A stretch of 64,000 nt of DNA from contig OX337242.1 of NCBI GenBank assembly GCA_946965045.2, positions 1,116,001 to 1,180,000 on the forward strand, read 5' to 3'. Position 1 is the stretch's first letter. The number at the start of each line of letters is the position of its first letter. Positions 10,433 to 22,672 of the stretch are shown here, in pieces. The translations under genes and the position numbers were made by a program. The DNA is from Epithemia pelagica (taxonomy: Eukaryota > Protista > Bacillariophyta). A model generated the notes under the pieces. It made no database searches, was not told where the DNA came from, and worked only from the letters and a program-made list of their open reading frames with translations.

Positions 10433-11488
10433 ATGACCATGCGACGGTCCAATCTTTGCTGTTTGTGGTTGTTTATGCTTGCTGGCTGGTCGTCTAGGGT
10501 GGTGATCCAGGCTCTTTCCTCCTCCCCCCAACCACCACCAGCAGCACTACAAAATAATCATTCTTCTCGTCGTTCCTACTTGGTGACGGGTGGCAACAAG
10601 GGACAAGGCTTGGCCTTGTGTCAACGCATTTTGCAAGAACATGAGGATACACACATCTTTTTGTGCAGTCGTGATGTCGAAAAAGGCCACGAGGCAGCGC
10701 ATTCCATCCTCCACCATGCAAAAGATATTCCAAACGACCGCATCACTGTCGTCCAACTCGATGTGACGGATGAGGCCTCGGTACAAGCGGCCTTCCAAAC
10801 CGTTCAAGACACCTTGAAGAAACAACAACAACAAGATGACGCAAAGCTTGTTTTGTCTGGTATCATTAGCAATGCCGGTATTTTATGGGGACATTCCTTC
10901 GACGAATTGGTTCAAGTCAATTGTTTGGGTGTCAAGCGAGTCTTGGATGCCTTTTGTCCCCTCCTGGATCCGAATACGGTTGGCCGTGTGATTGTCGTGT
11001 CGACCGGTCTATCGCCTCTCATGGTATCCTATTCACAGCATGCGAAAAAACTCTTGGATCCAATCTCGTGGGAGCAAACGCTCCAACCACTGCTCGAGCA
11101 GTGTTTGGCCAGCACGACACCCTCGGAATTGGAACAAATTGGATTTTCCGGTGGTCCCTTTGCTGAAGCGGTTCCGGAATTTCATCGGTATGGATTGGCC
11201 AAAATGTTTGCCGATTCGTACATGCGATACTTGGCGCTAAAACAACATGCTGGTTCCATAATAATCAATTCGGTCGGTCCAGGTTTGGTGTACACCGATT
11301 TGATTTTGGCCATGCCCAAATATCAAGGGCAAACCTTGGAAGAAACCAAGGCGAAAACGCCCGCACAAGGTGTGGAAGTCCATATGCGAGTCTTGTTTGA
11401 TAAAGACATTGAAACGGGGCAGTTTTATGCCATGAACAAGGCAGGAGAATTGAAACATGGGAATATTGACAAGCGACCGGACGTGTAA
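10433..11488 (+). CDS. Short-chain dehydrogenase/reductase (carbonyl-reductase-like) with signal peptide and S-rich extension
   Basis: Motifs TGGNKGQG, VQLDVTD, NAG and YGLAK (YxxxK). Hydrophobic leader LCCLWLFMLAGW. Confidence 0.9.
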   Translation: MTMRRSNLCCLWLFMLAGWSSRVVIQALSSSPQPPPAALQNNHSSRRSYLVTGGNKGQGLALCQRILQEHEDTHIFLCSRDVEKGHEAAHSILHHAKDIPNDRITVVQLDVTDEASVQAAFQTVQDTLKKQQQQDDAKLVLSGIISNAGILWGHSFDELVQVNCLGVKRVLDAFCPLLDPNTVGRVIVVSTGLSPLMVSYSQHAKKLLDPISWEQTLQPLLEQCLASTTPSELEQIGFSGGPFAEAVPEFHRYGLAKMFADSYMRYLALKQHAGSIIINSVGPGLVYTDLILAMPKYQGQTLEETKAKTPAQGVEVHMRVLFDKDIETGQFYAMNKAGELKHGNIDKRPDV

Positions 11489-11892
11489 TTCTTTTGGTGT
11501 CTCTACCTCTTGTTTCCTACAACAATACGTCATCACAATGGCAGCTATTCTCACTGGTATCGTCACCATGATTGTAGCTGGACTTGTTGTTGTCTGTCCA
11601 GAAGTGCCCGCCGTGAAGATTCGAATCGTGTTGCCCGCAGTTCGGCCGAGCATGACCACAACGCCTGTGAACTTTTTTGTTTGTCAAAGGCGAAGTAAAA
11701 ATGTACGCATAGAGTTACTTCTTGAAGATCTAAACAAATGAGGCTGGTGTTGATAATCATTGGAAAAAGTACGTTACGTACTCGTCTTAAAATACTAGGT
11801 AGGTAGCTTGAACCTAAGAGATTCTACCAACAAGATAGTTCAATCCCTCTGGTCCTGTGGGTTTCAGCCCTCGCACATCAACATTAACGGAT

Positions 11893-13449
11893 TTACTTCT
11901 TTTCATCATCGTCGTCATCATCGTCAGGAATGAGTTTGTCCGGATCTTCATCCAAAAGTTCGGCCAATTCTTCCTTGGCTCGTTTCAACATGGTTTCCTT
12001 CTTGCGTTCCTGCTGAGCCTTGAAGTCTGCCAATTCCGCTTCGGGATCCAAGTTCTTCTCTCCCTTCATTTGACGATATTTCAAGTCAGCTTCAAACATG
12101 GCCCGGTCCCATACTTGTTCAGTAAACTCCTCGTCCGTAGTGGACTCGGGGACCGTGCCGGCCATGGTTTGACGAAACTTTTCACGCTTGATCCATTCCT
12201 TGGCAATTTCTTCGACTTCCTTGGTGCGTTCGTCGACCACCTCTTGCTCCTTGGCCTTTTCACGTTCGGCCGAACGGCGGCGAGATTCTTGGTAAATGTC
12301 CGCTTCCCACCAGGCATCCGTTGTGTATCCCTTTTCCCAATCGGGGTTGCGTGTCTTCCACTTTTCGATAAAGTCCAAATACTTGGCTGTTCCTTCGCGG
12401 ATCATGTGATCAATTTCTTGTGGTCGGGCATATCCAGCCTCTCGCAATCCCTTGATCAATCGAGCTTCCGTCACGTTCGTGTTGTACACTTGCGCAAAGG
12501 ACAAGGCTTTTTGACGGCCACAGGCCAACTGCAACAGTTCGGTAATGAGACGGTAGGATTCTTCACGGGGGAAAACAGCATCTGTGGGAATGACACCATC
12601 TTCGGTTCCAAAGGTTTCGTATTGGTAGTAGCATTGTCCCTCGGGTGTCTTGTCGTCCATGGCACCAACGGCCGCAATCGTAAAGGTCGTGGGGGGAATG
12701 TCCGGTTCGGCACTCGTCTTGACACTGCCATCATCTTCTTCTTCCGCAGCGTCATTCTCCGATGCGGTCACGGGGTTGAATTCGTGAGGAAACTTTGCCA
12801 ATGCTTGCGTGCAGGCCGCCGCATCGAGATCCATGGCACCGACCATCAAAATGGCGACATTTTTGATCGACTCCACTTGTTGGGCCAACTGAGCCACTTG
12901 TTCCATTTGTTCCAAATGATTGTCTTCTAGAACGGCCAACCAGGACTTGGTGCCTTGCAATTGTTCCGCGGTGGGCAAGGCATTGCCATCTTGTTCTTCC
13001 ACAAAGTCCAGCTTGTCCAACAAACCCGTATAACGTGCCGATCGACTGAGGAGGCGTTTTTTGGAGAATTTGGCGTCCTTGACAAACGCGACAATCTTGG
13101 TAAATTCAAAGGCCGAGTCTTCGTCATTTAACAAGTCAAAAATGAACTGATCGGTGCGATCTCGATTGTTGACACACCCCGACACGAGACACGTGCCATC
13201 CACATTGTTGCGGGCTTCGACGGCCGATGGTTCCGGCAAGTAGGCTTGGACATTTTCTTCGGGATTCACATTTTCCAATGTGTCCATGCCACCGCCGGCA
13301 TACGGCGATCCCTTGGTTCCCCACGACGAAATAAAGAGACGAGTGCTGCTCGACCGAGATGACTGTCGAGTTTGTGTCAGGAACGACAGGCCGTTCGACA
13401 AGGACAACACGGTCCCCAACAGCAAGGCCAACAAGGATACATGTTGCAT
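11893..13449 (-). CDS. Probable plastid-targeted protein of unknown function (partial Rossmann-like N-domain, acidic coiled-coil C-terminus)
   Basis: About 518 aa, intronless. Signal peptide (VSLLALLLGTVLSL) is followed by an S/T/R-rich transit peptide and a globular region (KIVAFVKDAKFSKKRLLSRSARYTGLLDKL). Confidence 0.8.
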   Translation of the reverse strand: MQHVSLLALLLGTVLSLSNGLSFLTQTRQSSRSSSTRLFISSWGTKGSPYAGGGMDTLENVNPEENVQAYLPEPSAVEARNNVDGTCLVSGCVNNRDRTDQFIFDLLNDEDSAFEFTKIVAFVKDAKFSKKRLLSRSARYTGLLDKLDFVEEQDGNALPTAEQLQGTKSWLAVLEDNHLEQMEQVAQLAQQVESIKNVAILMVGAMDLDAAACTQALAKFPHEFNPVTASENDAAEEEDDGSVKTSAEPDIPPTTFTIAAVGAMDDKTPEGQCYYQYETFGTEDGVIPTDAVFPREESYRLITELLQLACGRQKALSFAQVYNTNVTEARLIKGLREAGYARPQEIDHMIREGTAKYLDFIEKWKTRNPDWEKGYTTDAWWEADIYQESRRRSAEREKAKEQEVVDERTKEVEEIAKEWIKREKFRQTMAGTVPESTTDEEFTEQVWDRAMFEADLKYRQMKGEKNLDPEAELADFKAQQERKKETMLKRAKEELAELLDEDPDKLIPDDDDDDDEKK

Positions 13450-13932
13450 CTTGATCATGGTTCTTCTTCTTCTCTTGTCGTTGCCAATGCTCCTAGAAGC
13501 GAAGAGGTGTATATTGACAAGATATTATGGAATACTGGAACAGAAACTCGGATTCGATCTTTGGCTTTCGTGCCGAACTTTCCACGAGATGTGGGTGTGA
13601 AGATCGCAGATGGTCAATGAGAACAGGGCAGAGAAATGAACAAAAAAGATGGCAACACAAAAAAAGGCGAAGCGCCGATCATATTCTTTTTGGTCTGTCG
13701 TGACACCACGGCAGCAAGTTTTCATTGGATTTCTCATTTCTCAGCGGATTGGATTGCTCGCCAGGTATAATGAATAATTTTTAAATAAATGTATGTCGCG
13801 CTGGAGAGTTTAACACGTGTATGGGATCACCCGACAGCACACCCCACATAGTCTGACGTCATGAGATTGTTGAGCTTTCTCTCGAGGGAAGAGGGCATAG
13901 ACTACCTACCTAGTAGGACTAGCTAGCGGAGC

Positions 13933-13991
13933 ACTCCTAGCTAGGAGTAGATAGGAACCTACCAACAATGAGCTCCTATCTCCTAGGAGTA
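13933..13991. repeat. Palindromic CTCCTAG/CTAGGAG cluster
   Basis: Perfect 16-bp palindrome ACTCCTAGCTAGGAGT at 13933-13948 and 10-bp CTCCTAGGAG at 13980-13989. Confidence 0.85.
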
Positions 13992-14258
13992 TGCTCCTAT
14001 ATCTCTCTTCCTTTTTGCTACTGCCGGAAAAAGAAACACAAGAGGCAACGACACGATACTATTGAGCTAGACGTTTGTTAAATTCTCATTCTTGATTTTA
14101 GGGAGAAGTAGCCTCGTGTATATTGTTGAAACTTATCATTCTCCAAGCATCGTCGTATCCTGCTTTCAATTTCCCCGTCCCCGTAGCAACGGTTCTTGGT
14201 GGTGGTGTTGTAGTAGTTTGGGCATTTGGTTTGTGTGTTGTGTGTGGAAGCGGGCATA

Positions 14259-15459
14259 TTATATTTTTTGCAAAAAAGCCAATTTCGGTTTCAAGAATTT
14301 GGCAATGCGAGAAGTGACAGCCGAGGCCGCGTGGGTGAGCTTGTCCGTCGCCTTGACATCGGCACCACCGCCTCGCGCATTGGTCGATGATGCGGCCATG
14401 CTGCTTTTGGTGGTGGTTTGGGGTGTATACTTGTGCTTCAAGTCGGGATGGGCTTCACTTTCCCGTTTCACCCAGGCCGTGGCCTTTTTCAAGGCGGCCT
14501 TGCCAATGTAATTGAGCAAGGGGGTTGGTACCGGTCCACTCATTTGAATGTCGCAGGCGTAGTAGACACGAGATTTGGGTCCCCCCAAGCTTACGACATG
14601 CCAATGTCCCGTCACATCGTCAAAATCCGATGTCTTGTCGTAGTCCAACGTCCATGTCAAGGACGATTTGTCCGGGAAATAATGATGATCGTAAAAGGAT
14701 TCAAACTAACTCGAACCAACAACACAACCAAACAAGAGAAGCATCATTCGGCAGAAAGAACAATAGAGCGAGAGACAGAAAAAAGAGTCAGAGAAGATCG
14801 ACAAAAGTGAGAAGCTAGACGACAACACAGGAACAACGAATTCACCATTCCCCGCAACAAACACAAGGATTTCCATTAGAGCAGCATCTGGATAAAGTTT
14901 CCATTTCAAACCATTCGCAACTACAAAAAGACTCCTAGGTTGGATGTCCTGTCGGTGATGCAACAATAGAGTTCCTCTGGCGAGACAAACGTACCGAGAA
15001 TCCAGGCATGGCGGAAAGGACCATGCGAGTCTTGATGTTGACTTCCTTCTTGGCCTTTTTCTCGGTCACGGCATAGTTTTGACAAATCTTAATATTGGGT
15101 ACTTTGGATTTGTAATCATTGAAATCCAAAATCTGATACCAGACCGCTTCGACTGGGGCATCCACATCTTGAATGCACAGGGCACCACCCGATTGAGGTC
15201 CTTCTTGTTTTTTGCTGCCTCCCTTGTCGGGTAACGATTGCTTCATGACGGGTTTGCCTTGTGCCAAAATTTCTTCATCCTTGCGAGTCAAGGAGACGCT
15301 ATCAAAGGAATTGGCTTGATAGGGTGGCAGCAAACCAGAGTGCCGATGAGGTTTGTTGCGATCCTTTTTGGCGTCCACCAACAGGACGCAATGTTGTTGT
15401 TGCACAGTCAACCACGACAACAAGAGGGCAGCAACAAGAACCCTGGTATCTCGAGCCAT
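14259..15459 (-). CDS. Secretory-pathway SRPBCC/START (polyketide cyclase-like) domain protein; intron 14706-14994
   Basis: Contains IQDVDAPVEAVWYQILDFNDY. The splice PGFS|gtacgt...tag|FESFYDHHYFPDKSSLTWTLDY continues to DDVTGHWHV...VYY. Signal peptide present. An alternative ATG lies at 15474. Confidence 0.85.
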
Positions 15460-16104
15460 ATTTCGTTGAAACATGATGGAATATCGTCTGAACACAAAGG
15501 TTTAACGGATCGAAAATAATGCGTGGTTTTGTTTAGCTCGAATGTGTAAAAGTCGTGATGGTTTTCTCGCTACTTTTTGAGTTTATGGCTTTCTTTGTCG
15601 CGTGATGGAAGGGTTCCTTGTGTGTTGCTTTCGAAATCAATGTCGGAGTCGGGGTAGTCCTGCTTTCCTCGTCGGGGCGGTCGCGAGAGACACACAAGAA
15701 CCGGCAGAAAGGCCACGGGGCAAAAATGTGATGGTGTCGTCCAATGTGGAATCTTTTTGATGGTCCCCATCCAACTCGCCCCGCGAACCGCGATCTTTTG
15801 CGGCGACACACACACACGTCATTGCGCCGTGGATTGATGACCCCACAAAATCTGAAGTGATTGTGTCAGAATGGATCTGTCCGTAAACGATGGACCGACA
15901 TTTCGATGTCCGTCCAGCCGGTCAAAAGATCCAACGATGTGCTGCGACTGACTCATCGATTTGCCTCAACAAACGAGCGCATCTCTCTCTCTTTTTGTCG
16001 ATCAGACCAGAGATCTCGTCAAATTCTCCAGGCGTCTTTTGTGCATATCATCAAGACTGAAACCACTCGATCGCATTGTCTATACGGAACTGAGAAGGAC
16101 GAGT

Positions 16105-19100
16105 ATGAAATTCAGTCGGGCTGCGCTATCGTTCTTCTTGTGGGGTGCTCACAATCAGCATCCCATTCGTGCCTTTACGACCATGATCAACCACCAACAA
16201 CGTTCGTCGTCTCTTCCCAAACATGGCGGATCGCTCTTTCAAGCAATTTCGACGTCTACTTCACCAAGCTCTGCCAAACCGAAACGCATTCCATTTTACC
16301 TGGACAAATCCTTAGCGGCAGTTACGACGCCCACTGCCCTGAGCCTTGCCGTCTCCTCGTCGTCGACCGGACCCTTGGCCTCGTCTCGTTGGTGTTCGAT
16401 TCGGGGAGGCAGTGCGAACGGTGATCGAAGTCTCAGTACCAGTACTGCCCTCAAATCTGCGACTGTGGAAGAAACCAAAACCGAGGATGCTCCTGTGGAA
16501 ATCTTTCGCAAGGACTATACACCACTGCCATTCACAGTGTCGACCATTCGATTGGATTTTGACATTTACGAAGGCCGGACGGTCGTAACTACCGAGATGA
16601 AACTTGTCTCGAATCCAAACTTCTCTTCTGAAAGTGGGTCCGGAGAACTTGTGTTGGATGGTGATGAAACGTGCGTGACACTCAAGAGTCTCTCCATGGA
16701 TGGAGTGGATCTAAAGGAGGGAACGGATTACACCTTGAGTCCAGGCAAGTTGACCCTTCTTGCACCCAAAGACGGCGCATGGATTAAGAGTGTCGTGGAA
16801 ATTGTCCCAGAAGAGAATACTCAGTTGAGTGGTTTGTATCGTGCATCCACAAGTCCCATGTACTGTACCCAGTGCGAGGCCATGGGCTTTCGACGCATCA
16901 CCTATTTCCCGGATCGTCCCGATAACATGAGTACCTATGAACGCGTCCAGTTGACAGCGAATGCCGAAAACTTTCCAGTGCTCTTGTCCAATGGCAATCT
17001 CGTGGATAAGGGTGTCTCCCCAGACGACGACAGTCGTCACTATGCTGTGTGGAGTGATCCGTTTCCCAAACCATCCTACTTGTTTGCCGCTGTTGCTGGT
17101 AACTTGAAGAGTATTCAAGATGAGTATGTGACAACCTCGGGAAACAAGGTTCATTTGGAAATTTATTCGGAACCCAATGCCGTTCACAAGCTTCAATATG
17201 CCATGGATTCCTTGAAACGAAGTATGAAATGGGATGAAGACCGATTCGGATTGGAATACGATTTGGGCATGTACAATATTGTTGCCACATCGGATTTCAA
17301 TATGGGAGCCATGGAAAACAAGGGTCTCAATGTCTTCAACACAGCCTACGTTTTGGCCGATCAAAAGACTGCTACTGATGTTGACTTTGAACGTGTGGAA
17401 GGAGTGATTGGACATGAAGTAAGTGAAGGATCGTTGATATGCTGTGCCTTTTGTTTTCATACTACAGCGTTCACCATTGTCTGACCATGTTGCTTTCTCT
17501 GCTCAAATTTTTGTGCCGCCCGTTTTATTCTCCAGTATTTCCACAATTGGACGGGGAACCGCGTGACTTGTCGAGATTGGTTCCAACTCACCTTGAAAGA
17601 AGGTTTGACAGTATTCCGGGACCAAGAGTTCTCAGGGGATATGAATTCGAAACCGGTCAAGCGTATTGAAGGTGTTCGTGGATTGCGCGGACGTCAGTTC
17701 AATGAGGACGCTGGACCCATGTCGCACCCAATTCGTCCGGACTCGTATATTTCGATGGACAACTTTTACACCGCCACGGTGTACGAAAAGGGAGCTGAAA
17801 TTATTCGCATGTACCAGACCATCCTTGGTGTCGAAGGCTTCAACAAGGGAATGAAGCTTTACTTTGAACGCCATGATGGAACTGGTGTAACGTGCGATGA
17901 CTTTTTGTCTGCCATGGCCGACGCCAATGATGTTGATTTGTCTCAATTCGCGCTTTGGTACAGCACGGCTGGTACTCCTACGGTCACGTATTCCACCGAG
18001 TACAGCGATGGAGCGTTCAAGTTGACTCTCTCCCAAAAGAGTAACAGTGAGTCTCCGATGCACATTCCCATTTCCTTTGGTCTTCTTGACAAAGCCAGTG
18101 GCGAAGAAGTGGTACCCACTACTGTCTTGGACTTGAAGCAAAATAGTCAAACATTCACTTTTGATGGCCTCAAGAAAGATGTTGTACCCTCTCTTTTGCG
18201 AGAGTTCTCGGCCCCTATCAAGCTTGTTCCAGAGTCGGGTGATGTGGACGAAGAGTCGTTGGCATTTTTGGCCGCCCGTGATACGGATGGATTTAACCGT
18301 TGGGAGTCGGGGCAAAAGCTATTCTCCTCGCTTATTTTCCAAACTTTGGAAGACAGTGTGTCTGAAAAGACTACGGAGTACGCGTATGAAGCCTTTGGAC
18401 GAGCCTTGGCGGATAAGGAGACAACCGACTTTTCAATCCAGGCCTACACCATGATTTTGCCTTCAGAAAGTACTTTGGCGGAGGAAATGGATGTCATTGA
18501 TCCGATTGGTCTCCACAAAGCACGAGGAACGGTGAAGAAAGCGCTGGCGCGAAAATACTACGATCAGCTTCTGGAACGATACAACGAACTGACCGCTCTC
18601 ATGGACGAAGACGAGGAATTTAAGGTCGATTCTACATCCATTGGACAACGTCGTCTCCGCAATGTGTTCCTGGATTATTTGTGCTCCATCAAGGAGACCC
18701 CTGAGGAGCAAGTTGCAGCCGCAAAGTTGGCAATGGACCATTTCAGCTCTGCCAAGGGTATGACTGATAAGATGGCAGCGTTGACGGCCTTAACTTCGAT
18801 GGATGGTGAAGGAAGCGGATCACGAGATGAAGCTATTGAACAATTCTACAAAGACGCAGATGGAGATGCTCTTGTGCTGAACAAGTGGTTTGCCAGCCAA
18901 TCGCTTGCCGATTTACCTGACGTCTTGGATCGCGTAAAGAAATTGACAGAGCATCCTGACTTCACTCTGAAAAACCCAAATCGTCTACGATCTTTGGTCG
19001 GCGCTTTTACAATGAATTCTGCAGCATTCCATGATGAATCTGGTGCCGGGTACGAGTTCATTGGAGATATGCTTGTCAAGGTCGATGCTCTCAACCCGCA

Positions 19101-19251
19101 AGTGAGCAGTCGTCTTGCTGGATGCCTCATCCAATGGCGTCGATACGACGAAGCACGCGGAAAGTTGATGAAAGCTCAACTCGAAAAACTGGCATCATTG
19201 AAACTCAGCGACGACCTCTTTGAAGTTGTCAATAGGGGCCTCAAAAACTAG
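16105..19251 (+). CDS. pepN: Aminopeptidase N (M1 family, bacterial PepN type), probable plastid presequence; intron 17419-17535
   Basis: Motifs TQCEAMGFRRIT, GAMENKGLN, spliced GHE|YFHNWTGNRVTCRDWFQLTLKEG (HEXXH...E), NFYTATVYEKGAE and NPNRLRSLVGAF. Confidence 0.97.
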
Positions 19252-19502
19252 CTATTAACTTTATAGAAAGTGCTATGATAGTCTTGATTGGAGCAATTCT
19301 ATCCAACTTAGATGTGTGCATGAAACGTGATCTATTTGCAGTTGACTTCGGTTGAACCATTGACGGCGTAAACGGGCAATCTCAACCCTTCTGTGTACAT
19401 CACTTTTGTCGGTGGATTTCCGTCTCCCCATTGAACTGATCGGATTTCACTCCTACTGATTTTTTCCAAAACCAAGAAGTGTTCTTTTCGCAGTAGCGTA
19501 GC

Positions 19503-22500
19503 TTAATTGGACGAAAGGGTTTCTTGCAGCTCTTGTATTACTTCACTCGCTTCCATACCATCTTTAACCAATCCACCTCCGACGATACAACCAGATGCTC
19601 CCGCCGCTTTGAGCTCCTTGAGATAAGCATCAACACCCGATTCGCTATCTGCGTTATCAGTTCTCTCAATCATTCCGACTCTTCCTTCCACCAGAACAGG
19701 AATATCCGAACCATGGATATTTCTTACTTCTGCCAAAGCTTCACTGCGAAGCAAATTTAATGCTTGCTCTCCAGATTCATCAAAAGAGAAATCTTCCATA
19801 TCCCTATTCGAAACCACTACCGCGGCGATGCTTCCGGGTGGAAGATCCACCAAGGAACGGAGCTGGACTTCCGAGTTTACACAAGCCAGTGTCTGTACTT
19901 TCAGACTTGATGCAATCTTGATCAGGTAGGTGAGATCTTTCTTAGGTAGGGCCCCAACAACCAGATTCACTGCATCAGCACCTGCAAGTCTCAGTTTGTA
20001 AAGCTGGTATGGGTACAACAGTAAGTCAGAAGCAAGGATGGGTGGGACTACTACGCCATCTTCTTCTGAAATTTTTTCAATCGAGGCCGTCGACGCAGCT
20101 TCTCTGGCCTTGGAAATATCTTCCATTGAGCCACCGAACAAGATACCGTCACAATTGACGCTAATCACTGGGACGTCTGTTATTGTAAAGGATTTAACAA
20201 GCTTCTCAACATCATACCGACGCCACAAACTTCCAATTGATGGTTCCATCCTTTTGCATTCAGGTATAACAACAAATCCATTCTCCGCAATGGCCCGTTT
20301 CAAAGGACCCACAAAATCTCTTGGTTTCGGGGAATTCGGGTCAGCTGCCGATAATCGGCACTGGGACAGCAAATTGGCAAGAGGTACACGTTCACGAAAC
20401 CGATCTACTTCGGTCTCCTTCTCCCACATAAAGCCTTCCAACACACTGGTGGGAGTGGCAGTTTTCTCCGCCACACTCCACTCTACTGTGGATACAGTCA
20501 TTGCGCGACCAGAGTGCACCTCACGGCGTTTCAAGATCAATTCGCCGTCCTCGGACCGCGGGGCCTTGGCTTCCAGTTCCTGTGGGGCTGTGGCACGTTG
20601 ACGTCGCTTAATGTCCTCCGCCTCGAGAAATTCTTGAGCTCGTCGTTCCAAGGCTTCCTGTTCTGCCTGGGCAGCTTTCTCGGCCGCCGCGGCAGCCGCC
20701 GAATACACAGGCCGGTCAGACTTGCTCGACAGCAAGAAGTACCCCGAAGCACTCCCTTGTACACCAATGCTCGATTCTGGTTCGACGTCCAGTTTCCCAA
20801 TGATGCCGTTGCCGAAAAAGCCAACAATACAGGGAACGGATGGCATCATACGTGCCGCAGCTTCCGATTCGAAACCACTCTTGCCCATGAAGAATTTGCT
20901 ACCTCTGTCCAGTGTTGGTACAATGAAGCAACATGTAGGAGATGATGACACTTTCTCTCCTTTTCCAAATTGTTCGTTGAGAAGGCGCTTCTTGTAACCA
21001 AGCCACAAGGCCTCTACTTCCTTTTTAGCAAAGCCGGATTCGCGAACAAAGAATCTCATTCGTGTTCCAGACTGGATATCCACACTTCCCAGGGCAAACG
21101 TCACGCTACCATCCTTCATGCCACCCGAAGCAACTTGAAAGACCCGAAAACGGTGTCCGCCACCTTCGGCAAGTCGGGAGAGTTCGCTTGCAGTCCATCC
21201 AACACTCCCCGTTTGTTCCAATCCAATCAGAAGCTGTCTTCGCATAAATGCCTGGTCATCATCCGAAAGGGAGCGCATCAGGAAATTGGCTTCGGCCAGT
21301 GGAGGTTTCGGGATGCGAGCTTTGGCATAGGCTTGTGCCATGCGTGCTCGGGCGTCCATATTCTCGTCTTCCTCCTCCTCCTCCTCTTCTTCCTCATCTT
21401 CTAGATCCAACGCTGCCGTAGCTTCTTCATCCAATACGATTGCTTGGATGGAGGAATCCTCACTCTTTAGAACCCGATACACACCGCCCACCGGTTTGGC
21501 TCCCTGTGCAGTGAGGGTTTGGAGTTGAATGTCACCCTCCATGGCCACTCCAATGCATCCGTCTCCCAGTGTTACGGGTACTCCATGATTGGCGGAATAA
21601 CGATAGAGTTTGGCTCGACTCAAACTACTCACAGTCGACGAGATACCACCAAAGATTTGACTATAGATGCCAGAAAGTCAAGAGAATGAGTTACGAATGA
21701 AACTTGCCAATCATACGCACAGAGTCGCAACAAATAGAACAACACATACCTTCCGGGAAAGTAAAATGACAGTCCAAACAGTAAATCATCTACATCTGCT
21801 GAAAAGGCAGGACTGGGTAGCAACATAAACACGGGCCTCGATGGTTTCTCATTTTCGTTGGTCGGTGTTCCTTCGGCAAATCCTTCCAACCCCAATGGTC
21901 GTTTCCACTCCTTGGCTGGGAGCCGTCCTACATCATCGGGCAAGTCATCTTTGAGACAATCAAAGGTTCGCAAAGAAACATCTGGTAAGAGGGCCAAGGT
22001 GACGGATACCGATGGGATGCCTTCCAACTCCACCGTTTTGGTGGCCGTGGCCGAGACGGGTCCTTGCGATGACGTTGTTGTGGACGAGGCATCCGGAACG
22101 AGGACATTGCTACTACTACTAATACAACCAGCCACAGAACTTCCCACCAAATGCTCAATGGGGGCATACAGTTCCTGCGCGGCTTTCAAGACGGTGGGAA
22201 TCACCGTCGTGGCCGGTTGCGGAACACCGCCATCGTACAAGGAACTGACAGATACCATGGCCAAATCAATCCGGACCGAGTCCTTGCTTTCGCCGTCTCC
22301 GAGTGCCGGTAACCCTTGGACTGCCATTTCCACTGCTTCTCGTAAGGCATCCACGAGATTGGCTTGCGTGGAGTAACCGGAAGCAAAGACTTGAGGCTTG
22401 GCTTCGTCAGACGGCATGGCCTCGTCAGTGTCTTCTTCGTCCAAGATGCTGTCTTTGGTATTCGCGAGGCCAACCGAAACCCATCCATGTTGCCTTCTTG

Positions 22501-22672
22501 TTGTTGTTGTTCGTCTTCTTGTAACATCCAGTGTTGAGGGCACGGTGAGAAATGTTGCGGTAGGCACTTTTCGCAGTTGTTGTGTCGTTGTCGGGACAAA
22601 AGCACTCGTGGAACAGCCGACCCCCAACAAGAGGAGGCAAGGCAACAGCACCGCCACGGTAGACAATGTCAT
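19503..22672 (-). CDS. Plastid-targeted FIST_N/FIST_C domain protein fused to a C-terminal indole-3-glycerol-phosphate-synthase-like barrel with degenerate active site; intron 21661-21749
   Basis: Bipartite leader ends ...STSAFVP. FIST-like segments: LVGSSVAGCI, spliced YFPGS-QIFGGISS, GVAMEGDI, FFVRE, DRG, GFFGNG. IGPS-like segments: FRERVPL, PECKRMEPS, SVNCD..FGGS.EDI, PILASDL..YPYQL...RLAGADAVNL, SNRDM. Confidence 0.85.

Noticed and set aside
11857-12930. 357-aa plus-strand ORF
   Set aside because: It is the antisense shadow of the plastid protein at 11893-13449, with no domain features.
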